This document shows, piece by piece, positions 29,122-37,484 of a stretch of DNA of 64,000 nucleotides (position 1 is its first letter; the number at the start of each line of letters is the position of its first letter). Under the pieces are notes generated by a model that saw nothing but the letters and a program-made list of their open reading frames with translations, searched no databases and was not told the origin of the DNA. Location of the stretch: positions 3,936,001 through 4,000,000 of the forward strand of contig OZ252098.1 of assembly GCA_965248355.1 (NCBI GenBank), written 5' to 3'. Origin of the DNA: Candidatus Latescibacterota bacterium. GTDB taxonomy: Bacteria > Latescibacterota > UBA2968 > UBA8231. Made by a program: the position numbers and the translations under genes.

Positions 29122-30018
29122 TCATCCGCCGTGCACGTCCCCCGAGGCGGGAGGCGGTCCCCCCTGCCCCCACGGCATCGGCATCGACGGCCGCTCCCCG
29201 TGGTGGTCGCCCCGCGGGGGCTTGGGGCGGGAGCTGAACTCCTCCACCCAGCGGGCCAGCTGCCGGGACGCCTCCTCGACGGCGGCCTTGCCCTTCTCGC
29301 GGCTGGCCAGGCTGGCCTCGCCGAGGACGCCGCTGTCCGAGTAGCTCGCCGTCCACGAGGTGACCTGGGCGGGGCTGGAGCCCAGCAGGTCGGTCCAGTG
29401 GAAATCGGACTCGTAGCGGTGGAAGGCGATCTCCCCGTCGGCGATGCGGTCCTCGCGGACGTTGTCGCCGTCGAGGTGGAGGTAGACGGAGGTCTCCAGC
29501 TCGCAGGCGTGGGAGCAGCCCCCCGGGAACCGGCTCTCGCGCCAGCCCTCCATGAAGGCGGGGTCCACGCCCAGCAGGCTCCACCAGCTGAGGAAGCTGC
29601 ATTCGGCATCGGTCTCCAGGTTCACGCGCCGGGCCGCCAGGTCGAGGTTGGGGGCGTTCGAGCCGTGGCCGTTGAGGAGAAGGATCTTCTTGAATCCGTG
29701 ATAGGCGAGGCTGCGGCCCACGTCGACGACGAACTTGATGAAGTGCTCCCAGTGGATGTTGATGGTGCCGGGGAAGTCCATCACGTGGGCCGTGTACCCG
29801 TGGACGATGGGCGGCATCACCAGCACCCGGTCGGGCATGAGGCGGGCGGCGGCGTGGGCCACGCCGGTGGGGCAGACCACGTCCACGTCGAGGGGCAGGT
29901 GGGGGCCGTGCTGCTCGGTGGAGCCGATGGGCGCGATCACCGGCTTGCCCGCGGCCACGGCCTCGTTGATCTCGGGCCAGGTGAGCTTCTCGTAACGCCA
30001 GGGTTCGGCTCGGGGCAT
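29122..30018 (-). CDS. Creatininase-family amidohydrolase
   Basis: GSTEQHGPHLPLDVD, NGHGSN, HACELETS. Confidence 0.9.
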   Translation of the reverse strand: MPRAEPWRYEKLTWPEINEAVAAGKPVIAPIGSTEQHGPHLPLDVDVVCPTGVAHAAARLMPDRVLVMPPIVHGYTAHVMDFPGTINIHWEHFIKFVVDVGRSLAYHGFKKILLLNGHGSNAPNLDLAARRVNLETDAECSFLSWWSLLGVDPAFMEGWRESRFPGGCSHACELETSVYLHLDGDNVREDRIADGEIAFHRYESDFHWTDLLGSSPAQVTSWTASYSDSGVLGEASLASREKGKAAVEEASRQLARWVEEFSSRPKPPRGDHHGERPSMPMPWGQGGPPPASGDVHGG

Positions 30019-30053
30019 GGGGGTCTCCTTGAGGCAGTCAGGGGTGCAGTCAA

Positions 30054-32108
30054 TCACTCCAACAACGCCTTCAACAAGGCGTCCGGCGTGTCGGAGTAGA
30101 ACTGGACATTGACGCGTGTCGCCATGTCGTCGGAAAGCTCGAACAGTTGTTTCCGTGCCGAAACGGGGATCAGCACCGTGTCGGCCCCTTTCTCGACCGA
30201 GGCTTCCACGATGCCCACGGCATTGGCCAAGGGTTCCACCGAGCCGCCCAGGTTCAGTGCACCGACTACGATGAGGCCGCCCTTGAGGCTCTTCTCCAGC
30301 AAGGCACCACAGAGCGCCAGCAACGCCGGCAGCCCGAGGGACGCGCCCAAACGGTCGTTGTCCATGGCGCGAAGTTGCACGGAGAATTCATGGGAGCGTG
30401 GATCCCGGTCTCCGACCAGTTCCCTCGCCCGGGTGTACAGGTTCTGCTCGGCGTACCTGGCACTCTCGCGGAATCCCTGGGGTGCGGGTGCGTTGAGGAT
30501 CCTGACCCCGCTGCCTCGGCCGACCGTGACCTCGAGGCGGTAGAGCGAAGGGCCCGTCTCCGGTCCGCCCGGACCGATTCCCCACACCTGGCCCGGCGGC
30601 AACGGATCCGGGTCGATGGCCTCGTCGCTATGCAGCTCCGGTGTGGCGACGAACTTTTCGATTCCGTCCTCGCCCATGGAGTAACTGAACTGGGTGGTGC
30701 GGAACTCGCTCTTGAACACGCGCTTCTGCTGCTCCTTGACTCTCCGGCGCGCTTCGAGCGCCATACGGACCAGTGATTCCAGCTCCTCGTCCGGCACGGG
30801 CATCTCCGGATCCGGGTACAGCAGCTTGAGCAGGCCGCTCACGGTCTTGTTGACCGCCGTGATGTCCCGTCCGCTCAGGGCGCCGCCGTAGTTCACCCTT
30901 CCTTGTAGCGCCGGAACCCGGCTGCCGGTGCGCAACTGGCTCCAGCACTCCGACAGGAAGTCGCTGACCAGGCCGAAGTGGACGGTGAAGTGCTCCCTGG
31001 GATTCAGCTTCGGGAAGTCCCATCCGGGAACGTAGGCGTGGATTCGGTCCATGAAGGCCGTATCGTCGCGCATGTCCGCGGACAGCGGGCTGAAGAGGTG
31101 ACCGACCCGTTGCTGATGCTCGACCTCCACATCGAGGTTGCCCACCATGGCGACGCCGCCCTCGGCCCGGATGCTCTCCTTGCCGCGCGAGAACTCGCCG
31201 GACTCCATGTAGCCCTTGAGGATGTTCACGCCGTCCTTCTGATCGAAGGAGACGCTGGCGATCTCGTCGAAGCAGACCACGTCGTACTGGCAGACGAGGC
31301 CGCGCTGTCCCGTGGCGTTGTTGACGAACATCTTGGCCACCGTCGCCTTGCCGCCGGAGATCAGGTGAGCGTAGGGAGAGATCTGCTGGAACAGGTGGCT
31401 CTTGCCGGTACCGCGCGGCCCCAGCTCGACCATGTTGTAGTTGCGCTCGACGAACGGCGTCATGCGGATGAGGGCGACCATCTGCGCCCGTTCGGAGAGT
31501 GCCGCCGGCTCCAGTCCGATACTGCGCAGGAGGAGTTGCTTCCACTCCTCGCTGGTGAAGTCCTGGCGGCCTCGCCGGAGGGTATCCAGAGAGTCGGCTT
31601 TCGAGAGCTGGATGGCTCGGAGGCCCTCTATCGCAAAGGGACGGCCATTCTTCTCCTGGGCGATGGCGGCGTCGTAGCCCAGCGTGACCTCGGCGTAGAA
31701 GCCATCGGTCAGCATGCGCTCGTGCTGCTTGACGAGCCCGTCGTCGATACGGACATCTTTGAGCGCGAGGCTTGGAAGTTCCGCAATGAGAGAATCCGTC
31801 TTGGCATCGAGCCTCGCCTTGACGATGTCGATCAGCTTGATGGAGCCTCGGTCCCGAGCCCGCGTCTTGAACAACTCTTCCTCGCCGGTCCGCACGGTGC
31901 GGTCGGCCAGCTGCCGCTCCACGATGGCGAGCCCCTCCTCGATTTCCCGCTCGTCCGTGGTGGCGCAGTAGCGGCCGAGCAGGAACTCCACGACGTAGGT
32001 GGGCACCGGGTACTGGCGGCTGTACTTGCGCACCAGGTCCTTGCGGACCAGGTAGCCGTCGAAGGCCTTGGCCGCGCGCTGGTCGAGTTCGTCGAGTTCC
32101 AGTCTCAA
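30054..32108 (-). CDS. brxL: BREX Lon-related protein BrxL
   Basis: VPTYVVEFLLGRYC, Walker A ELGPRGTGKSH, VCFDE, AFMDRIH, Lon-like C-terminus; overlaps the pglZ stop. Confidence 0.92.
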   Translation of the reverse strand: MRLELDELDQRAAKAFDGYLVRKDLVRKYSRQYPVPTYVVEFLLGRYCATTDEREIEEGLAIVERQLADRTVRTGEEELFKTRARDRGSIKLIDIVKARLDAKTDSLIAELPSLALKDVRIDDGLVKQHERMLTDGFYAEVTLGYDAAIAQEKNGRPFAIEGLRAIQLSKADSLDTLRRGRQDFTSEEWKQLLLRSIGLEPAALSERAQMVALIRMTPFVERNYNMVELGPRGTGKSHLFQQISPYAHLISGGKATVAKMFVNNATGQRGLVCQYDVVCFDEIASVSFDQKDGVNILKGYMESGEFSRGKESIRAEGGVAMVGNLDVEVEHQQRVGHLFSPLSADMRDDTAFMDRIHAYVPGWDFPKLNPREHFTVHFGLVSDFLSECWSQLRTGSRVPALQGRVNYGGALSGRDITAVNKTVSGLLKLLYPDPEMPVPDEELESLVRMALEARRRVKEQQKRVFKSEFRTTQFSYSMGEDGIEKFVATPELHSDEAIDPDPLPPGQVWGIGPGGPETGPSLYRLEVTVGRGSGVRILNAPAPQGFRESARYAEQNLYTRARELVGDRDPRSHEFSVQLRAMDNDRLGASLGLPALLALCGALLEKSLKGGLIVVGALNLGGSVEPLANAVGIVEASVEKGADTVLIPVSARKQLFELSDDMATRVNVQFYSDTPDALLKALLE

Positions 32109-34438
32109 TCTTCACCTCCGATGATCGTCGATTGTCGCGCAATGACGTTACCGCTGGCATCGAGGACGACGATGGCGGCCGTGCTCCCCTCGAAGTCATC
32201 GTCCTCGACCAACAGGCTCGCGGCGCCATCCTCATCCACGGGGCGAGCCTCGCTCAGACTCGAGCTTGCGTCCCCTACCCGGGTTCTCAGATCGACCGAC
32301 AGGCCCGGAAGGACGGGCTCGATCCGCACCCGGCAACGGAGGCGAGTCCAGGAGACATCGGTGATGCGCGTGGCAGCGGTCGCGGTGCCGGCCGTGACGC
32401 GGATGACGGGCACCAGACTCTCCTGGAGGCTCAGGCCTCCGTGCGCGTACTCACGGCCGGCTTCGAAGCAGGCGATGCCGGGCGCCACCGCGACTCGCTC
32501 GCTCGGGTTCCAATGCCAGCTCACCACCGGCGTCTCGACGGTGGAACCGCCCTCGATACCGGCGCAGCGCGCCCAGCGGCTGATTGTGAGATACCTGGGG
32601 AGATCGACCTTGGGCAGCCCGCCCGGAAGCCACAGCCAGCCGTGGTCCGTCACCACCCGAACCTCCCGCCAGCCAGCGTCCAGAAGCATGGCGATGCGTT
32701 CGCGCAGCAGGTCGATCTGTTCGTCGATCCTGGCGGCCAGCCCGGCCTGCAGCGAATGGCCCAGCTTGTCGAGCCCCCCGTGTTCCGTCCAGGCGCGGCC
32801 CGACGACTCGCCTGTCTCATTCCCTTGCAGGTACTGATACCCGTTGGCAACCAGGAGCTTGCGGAACCGGTCGGGGGTCAAGGGCCGCTCGCCATCCGCC
32901 GTTACCGGCCGGAACTCCTCTCCCAGGGACAGACCCGTGATGCTCGCGATCACCGGGGAGACGGCCGGCTTCGAGGTCGCCGTGACCGTGGGCAGAGCAG
33001 CCCACCGTGTCTCCACCGTCACCGAGGCGCCCTCCCCAAGCAGATGTTCGACCAGGCGCTGAGACACGTCGAAGCGGAGGCCGTCCGCGAAGAAAATCAC
33101 GGTCCCGGACTCGACCTGCGGGTCATACGATCCCTGTCGGTCGCGGATCTCAAGCGGCCGTTCCAGCTTCTGCAGATGCCGGGCCGCGGACTCCAGCCAG
33201 GGACCGTAGATCGCCTCCAGTGCCCTGGCCACCGCTTGCGTATCCGCGGAGGACTTCACTGCGGCCATGCCGCGGAGCGCCGCCGCGTCGACTTTCCAGG
33301 CCTCCTCCGCATAGAGTTCGGCCATCTGGGCAAGGGTCCCGCCGCCAAGCTCGCTCGACGTGCCGGATGCCAGCGCCGCCAGGTGCTCCAAGGCGCCCGC
33401 CAGCCGCGCCTGGCCGAGCCTCGTCCAGACCCAGGCGCGTCTCTCACCGTGCGCCTCGTCGAGCTCGATGATCCTCTCACGGGCGTCGGCTGGCGACTTG
33501 CCCCGGAGGTCCAGGAGGGCCTGCCGCAAGGCCGTTTCGTCCGCCTCGTTGTTCTGGGGCCAAGAGGCGCGTTGAGCGAACAAGTCGTCCGGCATGGCCT
33601 TGCGCAACAACCCGGGCACACCCGGGTAAAGGGCCGGGGATTCGGCGAATCGGCTCCACACCGCGGCCCAGGGACCTTCGCGCTTTCCGAGCCGCTCCGC
33701 AGCGACCAGCTCGCCGTCCCTCTCCGGGTCGAACCCGAAGTCCGGCTGGCAACGCGACCGGAAGGCATTCAACCGCGCCCCATCCCAGCGGGCCCTCACC
33801 TCCCCGGCGTCGCTCATCCAGGCAAGCAGGTCCCTGACCGGATCATCGGAGAACAGCCGGTCGAAGTCCTCCGCTTCGAGCCGCCGGCCGTGCAACGCCT
33901 GCACGGGGGTGGTGGCAAGCTCCGCGAGGGCCCGGTGCATGGCATCCCGGGTGCCCGCATCGCGGGCGACGTCGAGTCCAAGACCGCCGTCCCGGGAGGA
34001 GAGGAAGGCCTCCACGGTCCAGTCCCTGCCGTTCTTCTGCTTCCAGCAGGCACCCCGGTACTGGAGCTCGACCAGGGGCTTCAGGTGATGCGGGCAGGTC
34101 TCCGCGGCGCCCAGTTCCCCGCGGCTCACACCGGGCAGGTAGAGGACCGGCGTCGACTCGCCGGGGATCTTGGGAGACTCCAGAGTCCTCTCGATGACGC
34201 AACGCAGCCAGATCGACGGACCGCTGCGGTTCCCGGGATCGTACTCACCGAGGACCACCAGTTGCGGCATGAGGGAGAGCAGCTGCGGGATGATGGGCTG
34301 CCAGCACGCGTCGGGGTCCGTCCACAGGATGGCGGCCGGCTTTACCGCGTCGTTCGGGTTGTGGACGGCGGCGGCTTCGAGGGAGGCCCTAAGTCTCTCG
34401 ACCACGGTGGCGGTGTGTATTGCCGGAATCGCCATCAC
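32105..34438 (-). CDS. pglZ: BREX phosphatase PglZ
   Basis: ADGLRFD, LPTVTATSK, VVTDHG, YAHGGLSLQE. Confidence 0.92.
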   Translation of the reverse strand: MMAIPAIHTATVVERLRASLEAAAVHNPNDAVKPAAILWTDPDACWQPIIPQLLSLMPQLVVLGEYDPGNRSGPSIWLRCVIERTLESPKIPGESTPVLYLPGVSRGELGAAETCPHHLKPLVELQYRGACWKQKNGRDWTVEAFLSSRDGGLGLDVARDAGTRDAMHRALAELATTPVQALHGRRLEAEDFDRLFSDDPVRDLLAWMSDAGEVRARWDGARLNAFRSRCQPDFGFDPERDGELVAAERLGKREGPWAAVWSRFAESPALYPGVPGLLRKAMPDDLFAQRASWPQNNEADETALRQALLDLRGKSPADARERIIELDEAHGERRAWVWTRLGQARLAGALEHLAALASGTSSELGGGTLAQMAELYAEEAWKVDAAALRGMAAVKSSADTQAVARALEAIYGPWLESAARHLQKLERPLEIRDRQGSYDPQVESGTVIFFADGLRFDVSQRLVEHLLGEGASVTVETRWAALPTVTATSKPAVSPVIASITGLSLGEEFRPVTADGERPLTPDRFRKLLVANGYQYLQGNETGESSGRAWTEHGGLDKLGHSLQAGLAARIDEQIDLLRERIAMLLDAGWREVRVVTDHGWLWLPGGLPKVDLPRYLTISRWARCAGIEGGSTVETPVVSWHWNPSERVAVAPGIACFEAGREYAHGGLSLQESLVPVIRVTAGTATAATRITDVSWTRLRCRVRIEPVLPGLSVDLRTRVGDASSSLSEARPVDEDGAASLLVEDDDFEGSTAAIVVLDASGNVIARQSTIIGGED

Positions 34439-34547
34439 CCAACCCGTGAATACGGGTAGCTGTCCCTGATGTGCATGTTGAGGAATCGTCCCTTGGACGG
34501 CGCCTCCATCATCCGGTCACGCACATGGGCGGGCACACCATAGTATT

Positions 34548-36103
34548 GGGTGTAGCTTCCACTTTACGCAGATTTTCAAGAAAGGTGGGACCCCACGTCC
34601 GGGCACGAATGTATCTTTGGGTGTAAGCACTTACGCCCAAACCCGGAGAGGGGTCCCAGATGGAAGATACGAAGGATTTTCGCGCTCGCATGACGAAGTT
34701 GGAGGAAAATGTCCTCCAGTGGGAGCATCGGCTGCAATCTCCGGACGCCGGACCGGAGGACTTTCGCGAGAGGGTGAGCGAGCTGCGAGAGGCGTTGGAC
34801 GACCTCGGTCGAGTCGGTTTCCAACGGCTGGCGCAGGCGTGTGAGATCACCGACGACACCGTGGTCCACCAGGGTCGGGTCTACCGGTTCAAGCAGGTGG
34901 TTGACAAGGAGTGGATGACCCTGTGGGGCAAGGTCCGGGTGCCGCGGCGGCTGTTTCAGCAAGATCGGGGCGGCCCCAGCCGGGTGCTCTTGGATGAGCG
35001 CTGCGGCATGGTCGGCCGATTCATGGTGCCGGCCCTGGAGCGGTTCACCGCCTTCTTGGGGGCCCGCCTGGTCCCGGCCGAAGTCGAAGACAGCCTGACC
35101 GAGGTGCTGCCCGATCCCCCGTCGCGCACCGCCATACAGCATCTGTTGACCACCGTCGGGCCGTACGCCGAAGACCACGCCGAGCAGCTCGAGCTGGCCT
35201 TGCAGGATGTGGCCCCGCTGAAGGCCGAAGGCGACACCCTGGTGGTCAGTTGGGACGGCGTCACCGTGCCCCTGCGGGAGCCGGCGCCGAAACGCGGCCG
35301 GCCCGCCGAACGACCGAGGGACGCCGACCTCGACCGGGCGCCTACCGCCTGGAAAGAGGCGGGCGTGGGCATGGTCGCCACGTATCGGACGCCACTGGAT
35401 CCGGAGACGGAAGACCCCCAACGCGTCGATGTGCGCTATGCCGCGCGCATGCCGGAGGCGAAGATGGAAACCCTCGTCGATGGCTTGGTGGACCAGACGG
35501 GTCGGGCCTTGCAGCAAGGGACCTATGATCACCGGGTGGTGTTGGCCGACGGCAAGCGCGAGATCTGGCGCACCGTGGACCGGCAGCCGGTGTTCGATGG
35601 CTTCACCCGGATCCTCGACTTCTATCACGCCGCCCAACACCTGTCGAAGGCGGCCGAGCATCTCTTCGGCAAGCTGTCGGCCAAAGCCACTCGCTGGTAC
35701 CGGTCCTGGCGCCACAAACTGCGCCACGAGCCCGGGGCCGTGCAGGGCCTGATCCGCTCTCTGGCCTGTCACCGCCGCAAACTTCGAAAAGGCTCCGAAC
35801 GCCATCGTCAGGTGACCACCGAGATGGGCTACTTCCGGAACAACCGCGACAAAATGGACTATGCGCGCTATCACGCGGCGGGGCTGATCCTCTCCAGCGG
35901 CCCCGTGGAGGCCGCCGCCAAAACCCTGGTCGGCCATCGACTCAAACGCAGCGGCATGCGCTGGACCCGCCAAGGAGGCCAGCAGATCCTCAATCTACGA
36001 GCCCAAGTGCAATCCAACCGATGGGAGGCCTTCTGGAACTGGTACCTGAACCAGACGACCCACCAAACCCACAAGAGGGCTGCGTAAAACCGAGGCTACA
36101 CCC
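34548..36103 (+). mobile_element. ISKra4-family-like insertion sequence
   Basis: 24-bp IRs gggtgtagcttccactttacgcag / gggtgtagcctcggttttacgcag; 8-bp TSD atagtatt at 34540-34547 and 36104-36111. Confidence 0.9.
34660..36087 (+). CDS. ISKra4-like (UPF0236) DDE transposase
   Basis: VSWDG, LADG..IW, LDFYHA, SGPVEAA.K...RLKRSGMRW. Confidence 0.88.
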   Translation: MEDTKDFRARMTKLEENVLQWEHRLQSPDAGPEDFRERVSELREALDDLGRVGFQRLAQACEITDDTVVHQGRVYRFKQVVDKEWMTLWGKVRVPRRLFQQDRGGPSRVLLDERCGMVGRFMVPALERFTAFLGARLVPAEVEDSLTEVLPDPPSRTAIQHLLTTVGPYAEDHAEQLELALQDVAPLKAEGDTLVVSWDGVTVPLREPAPKRGRPAERPRDADLDRAPTAWKEAGVGMVATYRTPLDPETEDPQRVDVRYAARMPEAKMETLVDGLVDQTGRALQQGTYDHRVVLADGKREIWRTVDRQPVFDGFTRILDFYHAAQHLSKAAEHLFGKLSAKATRWYRSWRHKLRHEPGAVQGLIRSLACHRRKLRKGSERHRQVTTEMGYFRNNRDKMDYARYHAAGLILSSGPVEAAAKTLVGHRLKRSGMRWTRQGGQQILNLRAQVQSNRWEAFWNWYLNQTTHQTHKRAA

Positions 36104-36215
36104 ATAGTATTGGTAGACCCAGCCGCTCAGGAATTCGACCTCGAGGGTTTGCGTCTCTGCGTCGTAGCCAATCGACCTTACCATCGTGGATGAAACAGGG
36201 TATTTGTCCACGGTT

Positions 36216-37484
36216 CTACTCAGTCACCTCCGGAGCAGCCGCGTAGATGGTGAGCAGAAGCTCGGCGTCGCCGATCATCCGGTAGGTCGGTGTCTTTCCC
36301 GAGAGACGCTCGCTGTTGTCGAGGATTACTCGCACCCCTTCGCCACGGCGGTCCATCAGAGTTGCGCGGTCGGTGGTCAGCCAAGAGTGGTCGGGTACCG
36401 GGCTTCGCGCCAGCAGACTGGCAACAGTCTCGTTGCGGGACGACTGAATGTGCACCAGATCGTCGACGCCCATCGAATTGGGGATCGACCCCGGCGAGTA
36501 GATCTCCAGCCGGTCATCGAAGAGCCGCAAGCGGATTTTGGACCCGTGGATGGAGTAGTCCCGGTGCGCGACGGCATTGACCACCGCTTCGAACACGGCC
36601 GCCATGTCGAACTGCGGTCGGTCCACCCGTCCCATGTTCTTGAAGGCCGCGGTCTTCATATTCTTGGCGACGAAGCGGCAGGCGTTCTCGACTTGCGCAT
36701 CCAGCGGTCCGGCCACGTCTTCGGCGTCGAGTTGGTAGGGATCGCCCGATCCCACGCGGACTTCGGTGCCGCGGTAGGCAACGGCCTGAACGTAGGCACT
36801 GGGCAGCCACTCCCGAGGGTCCGTCGCAGCAAGGAGAATGCCCGAAACGGTCGGCTTGAGGTTGCCCCGTTCATCGGTTCGCGCCAGGTGCAGGTTTGAC
36901 AGGAAGCGGGAAGACTCCGTTGCCGACCGGGGGGTTCTGAACCGCTCGACCAGGTCATCCTGCAGGTCGTCGAGCGAGGCCTCGGCCACGACCTCCTCGT
37001 CGAAACGCACCAGACCGGTTCGGGAACGCTGCGCCAGCAGGCGCGCGAGATACTCGGTGGACATGGGCCGCTTCTCGCTCCCGACCCGGAGCAGGTATCC
37101 GCCGGGGCTGCGATGAACGAACAGGCTGGGCGCAACGTCGATCTTGATTGCCGGAACCTCGTCCCCCGTCGCGGTTGGCAGCTCAAGGCGCTCGATGATG
37201 GGCGCAACGGAGGGGTCGATCGAGTCCCGGCAGATCTCGCGCACGAACAATTCCGCCGCGTCGAGACCCTCGGCCGGGATGCCCAGGACCTCGCGGGGCT
37301 TGTCCTGGACGCCCAAGACGATCACGCCGCCGTGGCTGTTGGCAAAAGCAGCGATTTCGTCCGCAAGCGAGTCGCGACGCGGCTCCTTGACCTGTCTGCC
37401 TGCCAAGCGCACTTCCTTCAACTCCAGATAGGAGTCCTCGCCCAGGCGGATCTTGTCGAGAAGTTCGCGCTTGCTATCGAACAT
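36216..37484 (-). CDS. Schlafen/AlbA_2 + HATPase_c_4 domain protein (no C-terminal HTH)
   Basis: GEDSYLELKE, IAAFANSHGGVIVLGV.D, EAVVNAVAHRDY, IYSPG, RN, RGEGV. Confidence 0.85.
   Translation of the reverse strand: MFDSKRELLDKIRLGEDSYLELKEVRLAGRQVKEPRRDSLADEIAAFANSHGGVIVLGVQDKPREVLGIPAEGLDAAELFVREICRDSIDPSVAPIIERLELPTATGDEVPAIKIDVAPSLFVHRSPGGYLLRVGSEKRPMSTEYLARLLAQRSRTGLVRFDEEVVAEASLDDLQDDLVERFRTPRSATESSRFLSNLHLARTDERGNLKPTVSGILLAATDPREWLPSAYVQAVAYRGTEVRVGSGDPYQLDAEDVAGPLDAQVENACRFVAKNMKTAAFKNMGRVDRPQFDMAAVFEAVVNAVAHRDYSIHGSKIRLRLFDDRLEIYSPGSIPNSMGVDDLVHIQSSRNETVASLLARSPVPDHSWLTTDRATLMDRRGEGVRVILDNSERLSGKTPTYRMIGDAELLLTIYAAAPEVTE

Larger units (their letters stand above)
34435..36211 (-). 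pseudogene. KTSC-domain protein interrupted by an ISKra4-like element
   Basis: Removing IS plus one TSD gives 213 nt: MDKYPVSSTMVRSIGYD..TLEVEF..G.VYQYYGVP......MMEAPSKGRFLNMHIRDSYPYSRVG*; stop overlaps the pglZ start. Confidence 0.9.

Noticed and set aside
29122..30018. Mycofactocin peptidase MftE / RiPP cluster
   Set aside because: No precursor peptide, RRE or radical SAM gene nearby
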